Source of the DNA: an uncultured Pseudomonadota bacterium
GTDB taxonomy: Bacteria; Myxococcota_A; Polyangia; Fen-1088
DNA length: 64,000 bases
NCBI GenBank assembly: GCA_963779495.1
Contig: CAVZYM010000004.1
Location: forward strand, 25,497-89,496
Direction of reading: 5' to 3'
The notes beneath the pieces are model-generated. The model was given only the letters and a program-made list of their open reading frames with translations. It was not told where the DNA came from and made no database searches. Shown piece by piece: positions 40,958 to 53,455 of this stretch. Both the position numbers and the translations under genes were made by a program. How positions within the stretch are numbered: position 1 is the stretch's first letter; every line of letters starts with the position of its first letter.

Positions 40958-43054
40958 ATGATGCGTACGCGCCTAGCCGCCCCCCTCGCCGTCGTCGCAT
41001 TCGCCGCAGGATTCGGGGCCTCACCCGCGTTCGGCCAGGTGGGGCCAGGCCCCGACGACGAGCCGTTACCCCCGGTTTTGATGCCGCCGCCGGGGACGAC
41101 GCCGTCGGCGCCGTCGACCCCCGCGCCGCCGCCAGGACCGGTCCTGACCGTTCCGGGCGGCCCCGGGCCGGCCGTTCAGCCCGACCCGGCGCCGAGCCCG
41201 CCTGACCCCGCCGCCGGGTTCCTGCCGTCGCTCGAGGGGCCAATCGGCCTCTATCGCATCTCGACGGCCGAGGTCGGCCCGGCGCAGCACCTCCGGTTCG
41301 CGCTCCATGGGCGGTTCCTCCGCGCCTCGGACTTTCTGATCGAGAACGACACGAACACCCGCCTCGACGGGGCGTTCACGTTCGGCTTCACGCCCCACGA
41401 GTCGATCGAGCTCTTCGGCGCCATCCTGAACTCCAGCAACCGCAACGTACGTCCCGGGGAGCCCGTGGAGTACGACCGGCGCGATCCCGAGCTGATCAAG
41501 TCGTTCGGCGATCTGGTGCTGGGTGGCAAGGGCGTCCTGCCGGTGGCCCGCGGGTTCACTGCCGGCGCCGAGCTGGGGCTCCGCTTCCTGTCGTCGATCT
41601 CGGATCTCTCGTTCTCGCCGAGCTCGACCTCGCTCTGGATCGGGCCGGTCGCCACCGCGGATCTGCGCACGCTGGCGCGGATTCCGCTCCGGGTCCACGT
41701 GAACGCGAACTTCTACCTCGACAACTCGTCGAACCTTTACGACTTCTCCGGGACGACCCTTCAGACCCAAGAGGCGGCCATGTTCGCCTACGGGATCGTC
41801 GGCAGCCGGTTGCGGTTCGGGTTGGGTGCCGACGCCCCGCTGGAGAACCTGCAGATTCCGCTGCGCCCGTTCGCCGAGTACCACGCCGAGATCATCACCG
41901 CGTCGAAGGACCCGAGGTTCACCGCGCTGGGCGGGCAAACGAATCGCGACCAGCACTGGATGACGCTGGGGTTGCGGGCGCGCGTCTTCCACGGCCTGAC
42001 CCTGGACGCGGGTGTGGACATCGGCTTGCGGTCGGTCGGGTTCGAGTACGGCACGCCGATCCCGCCCTGGGCGGTGATCTTCGGCGCCAGCTACCCGCTG
42101 GATCTCGAGGCGCTGAGCCGGCCGGTCGTCGTGACCAGGACCGTCGAGACGGCGTCACCGTCGACGACCGGCACCGTCATGGGTCTGATCAAGGCGACCG
42201 ACGGCAAGCCGGTCGGTGACGCGGTGGTGGCGTTCGGGACGCGGCCGCACAGCCGGGTGGTGACCGACGCCGACGGCAGCTTTCAGAGCGGTCCGCTCGC
42301 CCCCGGGCCCATCGAGGTCGTGGTCTCGGCGGCGGGCTTCGAGGCGGGCAAGACCACCGCCGTGGTGGTGGTCGGGGCGCCGGTCAGCGTCCAGATGGCC
42401 CTGGCGCGCAAGGTGGTGACCGGGAACGTCCGCGGCAAGGTCACGGACCGCGGCGGCCGGGGCGTGGGCGCCACGCTGCGCTTCAGCGGCGCGGCGACCT
42501 TCGAGGCGCACGCCGACGCCACGGGGGCCTTCTCGGCGGCGCTGCCCGTGGGGCCCTACCGGGTGGTGGTCGAGGCGCCGGGGTTCCCCAACCGGGAGCT
42601 CCCGCTCGATATCGTCGCGGGGCAGGACCGGCAGCTGGAGGTGTCGCTGCGGCCCGGGAACCCGGACGTCATCCTGACGCCCGACAGCGTGGTGCTGAAG
42701 ATTCCGATCAAGTTCCGGCCCGGCGCCCCCAAGCTGGATAACACCGCCAAGGCCGAGCTCGAGGGGGTGGCCGACCTGCTGCTCGACCACCCCGAGGTGA
42801 AGACGCTGCGCATCGAGGCGCACTGGAACGGGTCGGGGCCGGGCGGCGCCAAGAAGAAGAAGGGGAACGCGGACGCCGCCAAGAAGCTGACTGTCCGCCA
42901 GGCCAACGTCGTCCGGGATTACCTCATAGCCAAGGGGGCGCCGACCTCCCGCGTCGAGGCGGTCGGGCATGGCAGCGACGTCCCGCTGGTACCGAACCTG
43001 GGCCCCGCCAGCCAGGTCAAGAACCGCCGCATCGACCTCGTCGTCGTGCAGTAA
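40958..43054 (+). CDS. Outer-membrane protein: beta-barrel, two carboxypeptidase-regulatory-like domains, OmpA-like C-terminus
   Basis: Signal peptide, Pro-rich linker, alternating beta strands, DGKPVGDAVV / VTDADGSF repeats, NRRIDLVV terminus. Confidence 0.8.
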   Translation: MMRTRLAAPLAVVAFAAGFGASPAFGQVGPGPDDEPLPPVLMPPPGTTPSAPSTPAPPPGPVLTVPGGPGPAVQPDPAPSPPDPAAGFLPSLEGPIGLYRISTAEVGPAQHLRFALHGRFLRASDFLIENDTNTRLDGAFTFGFTPHESIELFGAILNSSNRNVRPGEPVEYDRRDPELIKSFGDLVLGGKGVLPVARGFTAGAELGLRFLSSISDLSFSPSSTSLWIGPVATADLRTLARIPLRVHVNANFYLDNSSNLYDFSGTTLQTQEAAMFAYGIVGSRLRFGLGADAPLENLQIPLRPFAEYHAEIITASKDPRFTALGGQTNRDQHWMTLGLRARVFHGLTLDAGVDIGLRSVGFEYGTPIPPWAVIFGASYPLDLEALSRPVVVTRTVETASPSTTGTVMGLIKATDGKPVGDAVVAFGTRPHSRVVTDADGSFQSGPLAPGPIEVVVSAAGFEAGKTTAVVVVGAPVSVQMALARKVVTGNVRGKVTDRGGRGVGATLRFSGAATFEAHADATGAFSAALPVGPYRVVVEAPGFPNRELPLDIVAGQDRQLEVSLRPGNPDVILTPDSVVLKIPIKFRPGAPKLDNTAKAELEGVADLLLDHPEVKTLRIEAHWNGSGPGGAKKKKGNADAAKKLTVRQANVVRDYLIAKGAPTSRVEAVGHGSDVPLVPNLGPASQVKNRRIDLVVVQ

Positions 43055-43130
43055 GCCGCCCAAAGCGGCCCAGCCCCTCCGGCGAAGAGGGGGGCGGGCG
43101 GAACCGGGGGGAGGTGGTTATAATGACGGT

Positions 43131-43913
43131 ATGCCGTCGAGGTTGTCCGTCGGAGTCAAGGTCCTCGGAGCGCGGTTGGGCGAGATCGGCTTCGAGCGCA
43201 CCCGGCGCGCCATCGCCGGGCTCGCCCTGAGCCTGTTCATCAGCCTGTACCTGGCGGTGGCGTTGAACGCGCCCAACGGGCTCGGACCCATGTTCGCGGG
43301 GCTGGCGTTCTGTTACGGCGTCGCCTTCTGCGCAGTCGTCGCCGAGTGGTTCTGGGGGCGCTGGTTCGCGACCGGCCTGGGCTACACGGGGACCTTTCTA
43401 GGTCTGGTGGCGCTCATACAGCTGGGCTGGACGCCGATCTTCGGGATCTACATGGGACTGCACATGCTGGTCATCGTCTCCCTCATGGGGAACAAGATGG
43501 CGGCCCGCTATGACATGCAGGAGGCCTGGCGGACCCGCTACGGGATGGACGATCTGGGGGTCGCCCGGCTGCGCAAGACCGTGACGCGCGCGGCGGCCTC
43601 GCTCCCGGGCGTGATCGTCTGGGCGCTCGGGCCGCGGGAAGAGGCGGCGGGGCTGGCGCTGGCCGGAGCGGTGGCGGCCTTGGCGCTGGCGTCGCTGGGC
43701 CTGCGCGGGGTCGTCAAGATGCGAAGCTGGGGGCTGGTCGCGCTGGCGGGCGCGGCCGTCGCCGTGCCGGTGACCATGCTGGGCGAGGGCGGTTTCGGGC
43801 TCTCGGCCGTGACCGAGAGCGCGGTGCTGCCGACGCTGGTGACCGCTCTGCTCGCCGCGGCGGTGATTCCGTTCGCGCGGCCGGCCGTCCGTTTCCTCAC
43901 CCGCCGCGTCTGA
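43131..43913 (+). CDS. Hypothetical multi-pass membrane protein
   Basis: About 7 hydrophobic segments; ATG 43131 preceded by TATAAT at 43119-43124. Confidence 0.7.
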   Translation: MPSRLSVGVKVLGARLGEIGFERTRRAIAGLALSLFISLYLAVALNAPNGLGPMFAGLAFCYGVAFCAVVAEWFWGRWFATGLGYTGTFLGLVALIQLGWTPIFGIYMGLHMLVIVSLMGNKMAARYDMQEAWRTRYGMDDLGVARLRKTVTRAAASLPGVIVWALGPREEAAGLALAGAVAALALASLGLRGVVKMRSWGLVALAGAAVAVPVTMLGEGGFGLSAVTESAVLPTLVTALLAAAVIPFARPAVRFLTRRV

Positions 43914-43997
43914 GTCTCCCGCGCCCGTCCGAGGCCGCAGGCACGCCGGCCTGACCGGTCGGCCGCGCGGCGCAGGCCAACGAGCTCGGCCGTCCCC

Positions 43998-46483
<2,486 letters not shown>

Positions 46484-46644
46484 CGCGGGGCGGTGTTTAA
46501 ACCAAACCCCTTGAGATGTAAAGATGACCGCCCCGGTCTACGAGCGGCCCCTATCCGGAATTCTCCGGGGATAGAGGCCCCTCCGACGGGCGGCCACCTC
46601 TCAAAAGTGGCTGCCTGGTTCCGCGCTCCGCCGCGGCGGCGGCG

Positions 46645-47215
46645 TCAGTCGCCCTTGGCTTTGAGGACCAGCAGGCGGTAGTTCGCGTAACCGGCCTGGC
46701 CGCAGGAGTAGATGATCTCGGTCAGCAACCGGTAGGGCGTGGTTTGATCGGCCACGACCATCAGCTGCGCTTCGAACTTCTGCCCGGTCAGCTCGGCGAC
46801 CTTCTTCTCGCGCTTGGCGTGCTTGTCGAGAATCTCGACCAGCGGCGTGATGAAGTAGCCGTTCTCGCCGTCGCGCTTGACCGCCGGGTCGACGCTCGCC
46901 GTTGTTGATCGGGGCGACGGCGTCACCTTCCACCAGGAGGACCTTCTTGGTGACGGTGACGGTGACGGCCAGCTTGGGCTTGAGCTCGCTGAACGACTTG
47001 GGGACCTGCAGGTTCTGGTCGAAGGTGATGGTCGACGTCGAGGACGAGAACGACTTCAGCAAGAAGACCAGGATGATGGTCATCATGTCCATCATCGGGG
47101 TGATGTTCAGGTCCTTGATGATCTCGGGCTCGGCCAGCTTGCGCGCGAACGAGCGGATGGCCTTCTTGCCCTCGAGCCGCGAGATCACATTCGGATTCTC
47201 GGAGCCGGCGCTCAT
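46645..47215 (-). CDS. ExbD/TolR family protein, AglS-like; frameshift near 46905
   Basis: DLNITPMMDMMTIILVFLLK; corrected frame continues VDPAVKRDGENGYFI...VADQTTPYRLLTEIIYSCGQAGY. Confidence 0.85.
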
Positions 47216-47748
47216 CAGAGGATCCCCGCCGCAGAACGCGACGTCGGGGAACAGGATCTTCCCGTCCTCGCCCGACGCGCATGGCGTCCAACGTCGCCAC
47301 CACGATGTCGTAGGGGATGTTGGCGTCCGCGTTGAAGTTCGCCTTGGTCTCTTCCGCGTTGTCGGGAGCGCTCTTGATCTCCACGCAGCTTGACCGTCAG
47401 CCCCTTGTAGTCGTACTGCCCGTTCGGCAGCTTCGCGATCAGGGGGAGGACACCGCCCGAGGCCGCCACCGTGAAGCCGGTGGCGCCGACCGAGACGGTC
47501 AGGTTGAGCGGCAGCTTCTCCGAGGAGGGGTGTCTTCAGCGGCCGCGCCCCCGCCCGAGATCGTCGGGACGCGAGACGTTGACGTTGCCGAGCGCGACCT
47601 GATTCACCACCGAGGCGAGGAGGAAGATGATGATGTTGGTGACGATGTCCATGTAGGGGACGAGGTTCAGCTCGCCTGCCTCTTCCTCGATCTCCTCGAC
47701 GTGGTCGCGCATCCGGCGCGTCGCCGCGCGGACCTGGCTTCTCGTCAT
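47215..47748 (-). CDS. ExbD/TolR family protein, AglQ-like; about 5 frameshifts
   Basis: GELNLVPYMDIVTNIIIFLL; later pieces LPLNLTVSV, YDYKGLT, NADANIPYDIVVATLDAMR, ILFPDV. Confidence 0.8.
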
Positions 47749-47785
47749 GGTGCGGTCGGACCTTTCAATTCCACGCTGTGGGTCG

Positions 47786-48443
47786 TTAGGGCCGCTGGTT
47801 GCCGGTTAGGCCTTGGCGCCCTGAGGAAGACTCGGCGAGCAGGTTCTCGAGCTTGAGCGCGAAGCCTTCGAGATCGCCGACCTGCTTCTTCGAGGCCGAC
47901 GACAGGAAGGCGTGGGCGATGATGCAGGTAGACGGCGATACCGAGGCCCATGGCGGTGTTGTTGAGCGCCTCGGAGATACCTTTGGCGAGCAGGGCGGAC
48001 CGCTCTTCGGGCTTGGCGGCCGCGACGGCGCCGAATGCCCGGATGAGGCCGATAACCGTACCGAGCAGACCGACGAGGGTCGCGATGTTCGCGATCGACC
48101 AGAGGATCTGGACGCGCTTCTTCAAAATCGGGGTCACGTCGACCAGCGTCTCTTCGATCGCCTGGGCGATGGCGATCTCGCCGCGGTGGACACGCTGCAG
48201 GCCGGCGCGGGCCACCTGGGCAACGGGGGCCTCGGTGGCCGAGCAGAGCTTGACCGCGCGGTCGATGTTGTTCGCGAGCACCAGCTTGCGGATCTGCTCC
48301 AGGAATGCCTTCGCGTTCACCGAGCCTTTGCCGAGGAAGAAGATCGAGCGGTCAATGATGATCGCCAAGGTGATGATGGACACCACCAAGTTGATGTACA
48401 TCAGCGTACCGCCTTCTTCTAGGAATCGGGCGAGTCCTTGCAT
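47786..48443 (-). CDS. MotA/TolQ/ExbB proton channel, AglR-like; frameshift near 47931
   Basis: IANIATLVGLLGTVIGLIRAF, GISEALNNTAMGLGIAV; the corrected frame ends ...GLTGNQRP-TAA at 47788-47786. Confidence 0.9.
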
Positions 48444-48545
48444 CTCTGTGTCTCCTCGCGCGCGCTCGGCGCCGCAATCGATCGCTGGTTTGGGCTGGGG
48501 TTTAAGACGGGTGTAGTGACGGAAAATTAAGTTACTGCGGCCGGT

Positions 48546-48573
48546 ATCTTATCGGTATGGCCGGGGGTGTCAA
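48546..48573 (-). promoter_or_regulatory. Sigma70-type promoter of the motA/exbD/exbD operon
   Basis: Minus strand TTGACA-N16-TAAGAT about 100 nt upstream of ATG 48443, overlapped by ATACC repeats. Confidence 0.65.
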
Positions 48574-48591
48574 GGTATCGGTATCGCTCGC

Positions 48592-49548
48592 TTACGTGGT
48601 CTTTGGCGTGGTCGGCGACATCCCTTGGGGGTCCGGTTCGATGTGGATGATTACGTCGGATACCTCGGGAAACTTTACCTTCAAAGCGCGCTCAATCTCC
48701 TCTGCCAGGCAATGAGCGTCCCCGGTCGTGGTTGCCGCCGGCACCACCATGTGGAGGTCGAGCTCGACCGCGCTGCGAACGCCGCGCGATCGGATCCGGT
48801 GAACGTCGCTGACGCCCTGGACCGATCGGGCGACCGCTGCGACCTGGGTCGGGTCGAGGATGGCGGCGTCGAGGAGCACCGGGACGTTCTCGCGGAAGAC
48901 GTCCCAGGCGACGTGGGCAACCAGGGCGACGACCAGCAGGGTGGCCACCGCGTCCCCCCAGACGAAGCCCGCTCGCACCGCCACGAAGGACGCCACGACG
49001 GCCGCCGACGCGTAGAGGTCGGACTGGGTGTGGCGGGCATCGGCGTGCAGGAGCGCGCTCCCCAGCTCGTGCGCCTTGCGGTGCTCGTAACGGCTCACGA
49101 ACAGGCTGACGGCCATCGTGCCGAGGACGATGGCGAACCCCGGCCAGCCGACGCGCGGCGCCGGTCGCGCCCAGATCAGCGCGTGCACCGCCGCCGACGC
49201 GAGCTCGAACAGGCTGACGACGATCAGAGCCCCGATCCCGACGGCGGCCAGGATCTCGATCTTGTTGCGGCCGTAGGGGTGGCGCTCGTCGGCAGGCGCG
49301 GCCGCCCATCGCAGGCCGAGCAGCGCCAGGACGTTGGACGACGCGTCGAGGATCGAGTGCAGCGAGTCGGTTCCCAGCGTCAGCGAGCCGGAGACGTAGC
49401 CGTATCCGGCCTTGGCCAGCGCCACGACGGCGTTCAGCCAGAGCGTGATCCAGAAGACCCGCCGCACTTGCCGGCGCCGATCGGCCGCGGCTCGCAGCGC
49501 CTCCGCCGCCGCGGGGCCGTGGCCGCAGGCGTCGGTGGGCGCGGTCAT
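48592..49548 (-). CDS. Cation diffusion facilitator (FieF-like) transporter
   Basis: DSLHSILD, HPYGRNKIE, LHADARHTQSDL, HRIRSRG, DLHMVV, DVIIHIEP. Confidence 0.9.
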   Translation of the reverse strand: MTAPTDACGHGPAAAEALRAAADRRRQVRRVFWITLWLNAVVALAKAGYGYVSGSLTLGTDSLHSILDASSNVLALLGLRWAAAPADERHPYGRNKIEILAAVGIGALIVVSLFELASAAVHALIWARPAPRVGWPGFAIVLGTMAVSLFVSRYEHRKAHELGSALLHADARHTQSDLYASAAVVASFVAVRAGFVWGDAVATLLVVALVAHVAWDVFRENVPVLLDAAILDPTQVAAVARSVQGVSDVHRIRSRGVRSAVELDLHMVVPAATTTGDAHCLAEEIERALKVKFPEVSDVIIHIEPDPQGMSPTTPKTT

Positions 49549-51101
49549 TTTTGTTCGGGGACCGGATCGCCGTCGAGGTCCCTCACCTCGACAGGCGCCA
49601 GCTTGGCGAGCGGATCGGCGAGCGTCTTCTTGTCGCCCACCACGACGATCGTGAGGTGGGTGGGATCGATGAACTTGCGCGCCACGCGGCGGACGTCGTC
49701 CTTGGTCACCGCGGCGACCTTGCGGGTGTAGTCGGTGACGTAGCTGTCGGGCAGGCCGAACACCGCCAGCTCGGCCAGCTGGGCGGCGACGTTGGCCCGG
49801 GTCGCGAAGCGGGCGGGGAACGACTTGACGATCTGGTCCTTGGCGCGCGACAGCTCGACGTCGGTCACGTCGGCGTCACGCATCCCCGAAATCTCCTTCA
49901 GGATCTCCGCGACCGAATCGGCGCTGTGGGGAGCCACGAACTCGCCACCCGCCGAGAACGGGCCGGGGGTCTTGCGACTGTCGAACGTCGAGCGGGCGCC
50001 ATAGGTCCATCCCTGCTTCTCGCGCAGGTTCAGATCGAGCCGGTAGAACCCCCCGCCCAGGATCAGGTTCATGACGGTGACCGGAAAGTAGTCCGGGTTG
50101 GTGCGCTCGATGCCGACGAGACCGACCCGGATCGACGACTGCGGCGCCTCGGCCTTGTCGATCAGGAAGACCCGGGTCGCGGCGGCCGCTCCCGCGGGAG
50201 GGGGGAGGCGCTTGGCGGGGACCCGCTTGGCCTTCCACTTGCCGAACGCAACCTCCAGCTTGGCCCGCAACGCCGCCACGGTCGTGTCGCCGGCAACGAT
50301 CAGGGCGGCGTTGTTGGGGCGGTAGTTGGCGTCGAAGAAGGCACGCAGATCGGCCGGGGTCAGCTGCTTGATCGAAGACTCGGCCCCGGTCATCGGCCAG
50401 CCGTACGGGTGCTTCGCGCCGAAGAGCAGGCGGGTGTAGGCGAGGTTGGCCACCGTCGGAGGCGAGTCCTTGCGCCGTCCGATCGCTGTCAGCAGGTTGT
50501 CGCGGACGCGCGTGAATTCCTTTTCGTCGAAGGTCGGGTTCTGGACGACGTCGGCGAACACCGCCAGGGCCGGGTCGAGGTTGCGGGCCAGCGTCGACAT
50601 GCTGACGTTGGAGGCGTCCCAGGTGCTGCCGGTCGACAGCGTCGCGCCGAGCACGGCCATCTCGTCGGCGATCCCCAGCGCGGTTCGGGTCTTGGTCCCC
50701 TCGTCCAGCATGTTGGCGGTCAGATCCGCCAGCCCGGCCCGGTCGGCCGGGTTCGCGGCGCCGCCGGTCTTGATCATCAGGTTGAAGTCGATGAGCGGAA
50801 GATCGTGGAATTCGACCAGGAAGACGTCGAGCCCGTTCTTCAGCTTGAAGCGCTGCCAGCGCGGCGGCGTGAACGTCGGCTCGGGACCGGCGGTCGGGGG
50901 CTGCTGACGGAACGGGGCATCGGGCGTCTCGCGGACGGCCGGCCCGGAGGCGGGCGCCGGCCCCGGGGTGGCCGGCGGCGGCGCCGCGGGCGCGCTGGCC
51001 CCGGCGGGAGGGGCGGCGGTCGCGGCGCCCGGGGGCGGCGCCGAGGCGCAGCCGAGGGCCCAGGCGCAGGAGAGGGCGACGGTCAGGAGCCGGCGGGTCA
51101 T
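49545..51101 (-). CDS. M16 family peptidase-like subunit (probably non-catalytic), lipoprotein
   Basis: LGC lipobox; GLADLTANMLDEGT (no HxxEH), HPYG, LNLREKQGWTYGARS. Confidence 0.85.
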   Translation of the reverse strand: MTRRLLTVALSCAWALGCASAPPPGAATAAPPAGASAPAAPPPATPGPAPASGPAVRETPDAPFRQQPPTAGPEPTFTPPRWQRFKLKNGLDVFLVEFHDLPLIDFNLMIKTGGAANPADRAGLADLTANMLDEGTKTRTALGIADEMAVLGATLSTGSTWDASNVSMSTLARNLDPALAVFADVVQNPTFDEKEFTRVRDNLLTAIGRRKDSPPTVANLAYTRLLFGAKHPYGWPMTGAESSIKQLTPADLRAFFDANYRPNNAALIVAGDTTVAALRAKLEVAFGKWKAKRVPAKRLPPPAGAAAATRVFLIDKAEAPQSSIRVGLVGIERTNPDYFPVTVMNLILGGGFYRLDLNLREKQGWTYGARSTFDSRKTPGPFSAGGEFVAPHSADSVAEILKEISGMRDADVTDVELSRAKDQIVKSFPARFATRANVAAQLAELAVFGLPDSYVTDYTRKVAAVTKDDVRRVARKFIDPTHLTIVVVGDKKTLADPLAKLAPVEVRDLDGDPVPEQK

Positions 51102-52501
51102 GGCTTCACCCGTCCCATGATGGGGGCTTCGGGGTTGGGTTGCACGGTTACGACCACCCGTCCGTCGGGGCGCAGGTACTGCTGCGCGGTTGCCAGGATC
51201 GCGGCCGCGTCGACGGCGCGGTAACGGCGCAGGTCCTCGGTCAGGAACCCCGGATCGCCCAGGAACAGGTTGTAGTGCTGAAGGCGCTCGACGCGGGGGA
51301 GCAGCCCCTCGAGGCTCCGCACCGTGTCCGATTCGATCTGGTTCTTCGCCCGGGCCAGCTCCGCGCCGTCGACCGGTTTGGTCCGCACGGCCGCGATCTC
51401 CTGGTCGATGACGCCCAGAATCTCGTCCAGGGTGTGCCCGGGCATCGGCGACACCATGATCTCGAAGTCGCTCGCCAGGAGCTGGCTCTGCTGCGAGGCG
51501 GTCACCGACTGGGCGATCTTGAGCTCGTAGACCAGTCGCTTGTAGAGGCGCGAGGACTTGCCGCCGCCCAGGACGTTCGCCAGCAGATCGAGCTCGCGGT
51601 CGCCGGGGGTGAAGTTCGCGGGCGACGGGTAGGCCACGTAGAGCTGGGGCTGCTGGATCTTCGCCTCCATCGCGATCCGCTTGGGCGCCGCCAGCCGCAC
51701 CGGCACCGAGGGCATCCGGGGGACCGGGCCGCCGGCCGGGATCGGACCAAAATACTGCTCGACCAGTGCCTTCGTCTTGGCCCGATCGATGTCGCCGGCA
51801 ATCGTCAAGGTGGCGTTGTTGGGGACGTAGAAGGTCCGGAAGAACCCTTTGACGTCGTCGAGCGACGCCGCGCTCAGATCGGTCATCGAGCCGATCACCT
51901 CGTGATAGTAGGGGTGGGCAGGGGGGTAGAGCGCCTCGAGCAGAACCTTGGAGACGAGGCCCGCCGGGCGGTTCTCCGTCCGCTGGCGGCGCTCGTTCTT
52001 GACGACGTCTCGCTGGTTGTCGAGCGTCTCCTTGAAGGCCTGACGCTCGAGGAGGAACCCCATGCGCTCGCTCTCGAGCCAGAGCGCCAGCTCGAGCTGA
52101 TTCGACGGGACCACTTCGAAGTAGTTGGTTCGATCGTGCGACGTCGAGCCGTTGACGTTGGAGGCGCCGGCCTTCTGCAGGAGCTCGAAGTGCTTGTCCT
52201 CGGGGACATGCTTGGTCCCCTGGAACATCACGTGCTCGAACAGGTGGGCGAAGCCCGTCTTCCCCGGCTTCTCGTCGCGCGAGCCGACCTTGTACCAGAC
52301 GTCGACCACGACCTCCGGCATGCGGCGGTCCTCCAGGAGGATCACCTCGAGCCCGTTCGGGAGCAGGTACTTCTCGAAGGGGATCTGGGGGAGATCGGGG
52401 GCGCCGGGCGTCGTCGCCGGCGGGGGCGGCGACGGCGGCGACGGGGGGGCAGGGGGGAGGGGGGCGACGGCCAGCATCGCCAGCGCGAGGGGAGCGAGCA
52501 T
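51098..52501 (-). CDS. M16 family zinc protease (catalytic)
   Basis: WYKVGSRDE, GFAHLFEHVMFQG (HxxEH), NGSTSHDRTNY, VVKNERR, FYVPNNA. Confidence 0.92.
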   Translation of the reverse strand: MLAPLALAMLAVAPLPPAPPSPPSPPPPATTPGAPDLPQIPFEKYLLPNGLEVILLEDRRMPEVVVDVWYKVGSRDEKPGKTGFAHLFEHVMFQGTKHVPEDKHFELLQKAGASNVNGSTSHDRTNYFEVVPSNQLELALWLESERMGFLLERQAFKETLDNQRDVVKNERRQRTENRPAGLVSKVLLEALYPPAHPYYHEVIGSMTDLSAASLDDVKGFFRTFYVPNNATLTIAGDIDRAKTKALVEQYFGPIPAGGPVPRMPSVPVRLAAPKRIAMEAKIQQPQLYVAYPSPANFTPGDRELDLLANVLGGGKSSRLYKRLVYELKIAQSVTASQQSQLLASDFEIMVSPMPGHTLDEILGVIDQEIAAVRTKPVDGAELARAKNQIESDTVRSLEGLLPRVERLQHYNLFLGDPGFLTEDLRRYRAVDAAAILATAQQYLRPDGRVVVTVQPNPEAPIMGRVKP

Positions 52502-52525
52502 GGCGGAATCCTTACATCAGATTCC

Positions 52526-53398
52526 TCACTGCGCGAGGTAGAGGATCCCCAGGACGGTGGCGGCGTAGAGAAAGAGGTTCGCGACGAAGGGGACGTCGTG
52601 CAACATCGCGTCGGTGGGGCTCTCGTCGGTGTGGCGACCCACGATGCGGATGAACCTGTAGACCGCGAACGCGACGAACGGGACCGTGAGCACCAGCCGT
52701 CCCGTCCCGAACACCTCGCCCGCGTGCTGCGAGCGGGTGTAGGCGAGGTAGGTGATGACGGTGGCGACGCCGAACACGACCAGCAGCAGCGACAGCACAC
52801 GAGGGTTGTAGTCGCTCAGCACCGCGCGGTGCTCGTGCCCGGTCGCTCCGCCACGTTTCAGCTCGTGGGCGCGCTTGCCGAAGGCCAGCAGCGCCGACAG
52901 CACCAGGGTGCAGAGCAGCAGCCAGCGCGACGGCGGGACCGGCACGGCGAACGCTCCCGCGAGCACCCTCAGCACGAACCCGAGGCAGATGCAGCCGACG
53001 TCGACGAAGGCGATCTTCTTCAGCCAGAGCGAATAGGCGACGTTGAGCCCGAGATAGCCGAGCGCCACGGCGACGAAGGGGGCCCCCAGCGCCCCGGCGA
53101 TCAGGAAGGCGCCCACGGTCAGCGTGGCCGCGAGGGCCTGGGCGGCCCGCACCGGCAGCGCGCCCGAGGCGATCGGGCGCAGGCGCTTGAGGGGGTGGGC
53201 CCGATCCTTCTCGATGTCGACCAGATCGTTCAGCTGGTAGACCGCGCTCGACAGGAGGCAGAAGCTGGCGAACGCGGCGGCGGTGTGCAGATCGGCCTGC
53301 AGATCCCCGGCCCGGCGCGCGAATACGACCGGCGCGGCGACGAACAGGTTCTTCACCCACTGGTGCGGGCGCACCGATTTCAGGATCGCGGTCAGCAT
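52526..53398 (-). CDS. UbiA family, decaprenyl-phosphate phosphoribosyltransferase-like
   Basis: RPHQWVKNLFV, YQLNDLVDIEKDRAHPLKRLRPIASG, AYSLWLK, KRAHEL. Confidence 0.88.
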   Translation of the reverse strand: MLTAILKSVRPHQWVKNLFVAAPVVFARRAGDLQADLHTAAAFASFCLLSSAVYQLNDLVDIEKDRAHPLKRLRPIASGALPVRAAQALAATLTVGAFLIAGALGAPFVAVALGYLGLNVAYSLWLKKIAFVDVGCICLGFVLRVLAGAFAVPVPPSRWLLLCTLVLSALLAFGKRAHELKRGGATGHEHRAVLSDYNPRVLSLLLVVFGVATVITYLAYTRSQHAGEVFGTGRLVLTVPFVAFAVYRFIRIVGRHTDESPTDAMLHDVPFVANLFLYAATVLGILYLAQ

Positions 53399-53455
53399 CG
53401 CTCTGGCGTCGCTATCGGTGACGTGATTATCTGGAAGAAATCCTTCTGGTCAACG

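Noticed and set aside
46490-46625. Fluoride or sodium riboswitch before hppA
   Set aside because: I could not find the characteristic conserved cores by eye; kept only as an unexplained structured leader.
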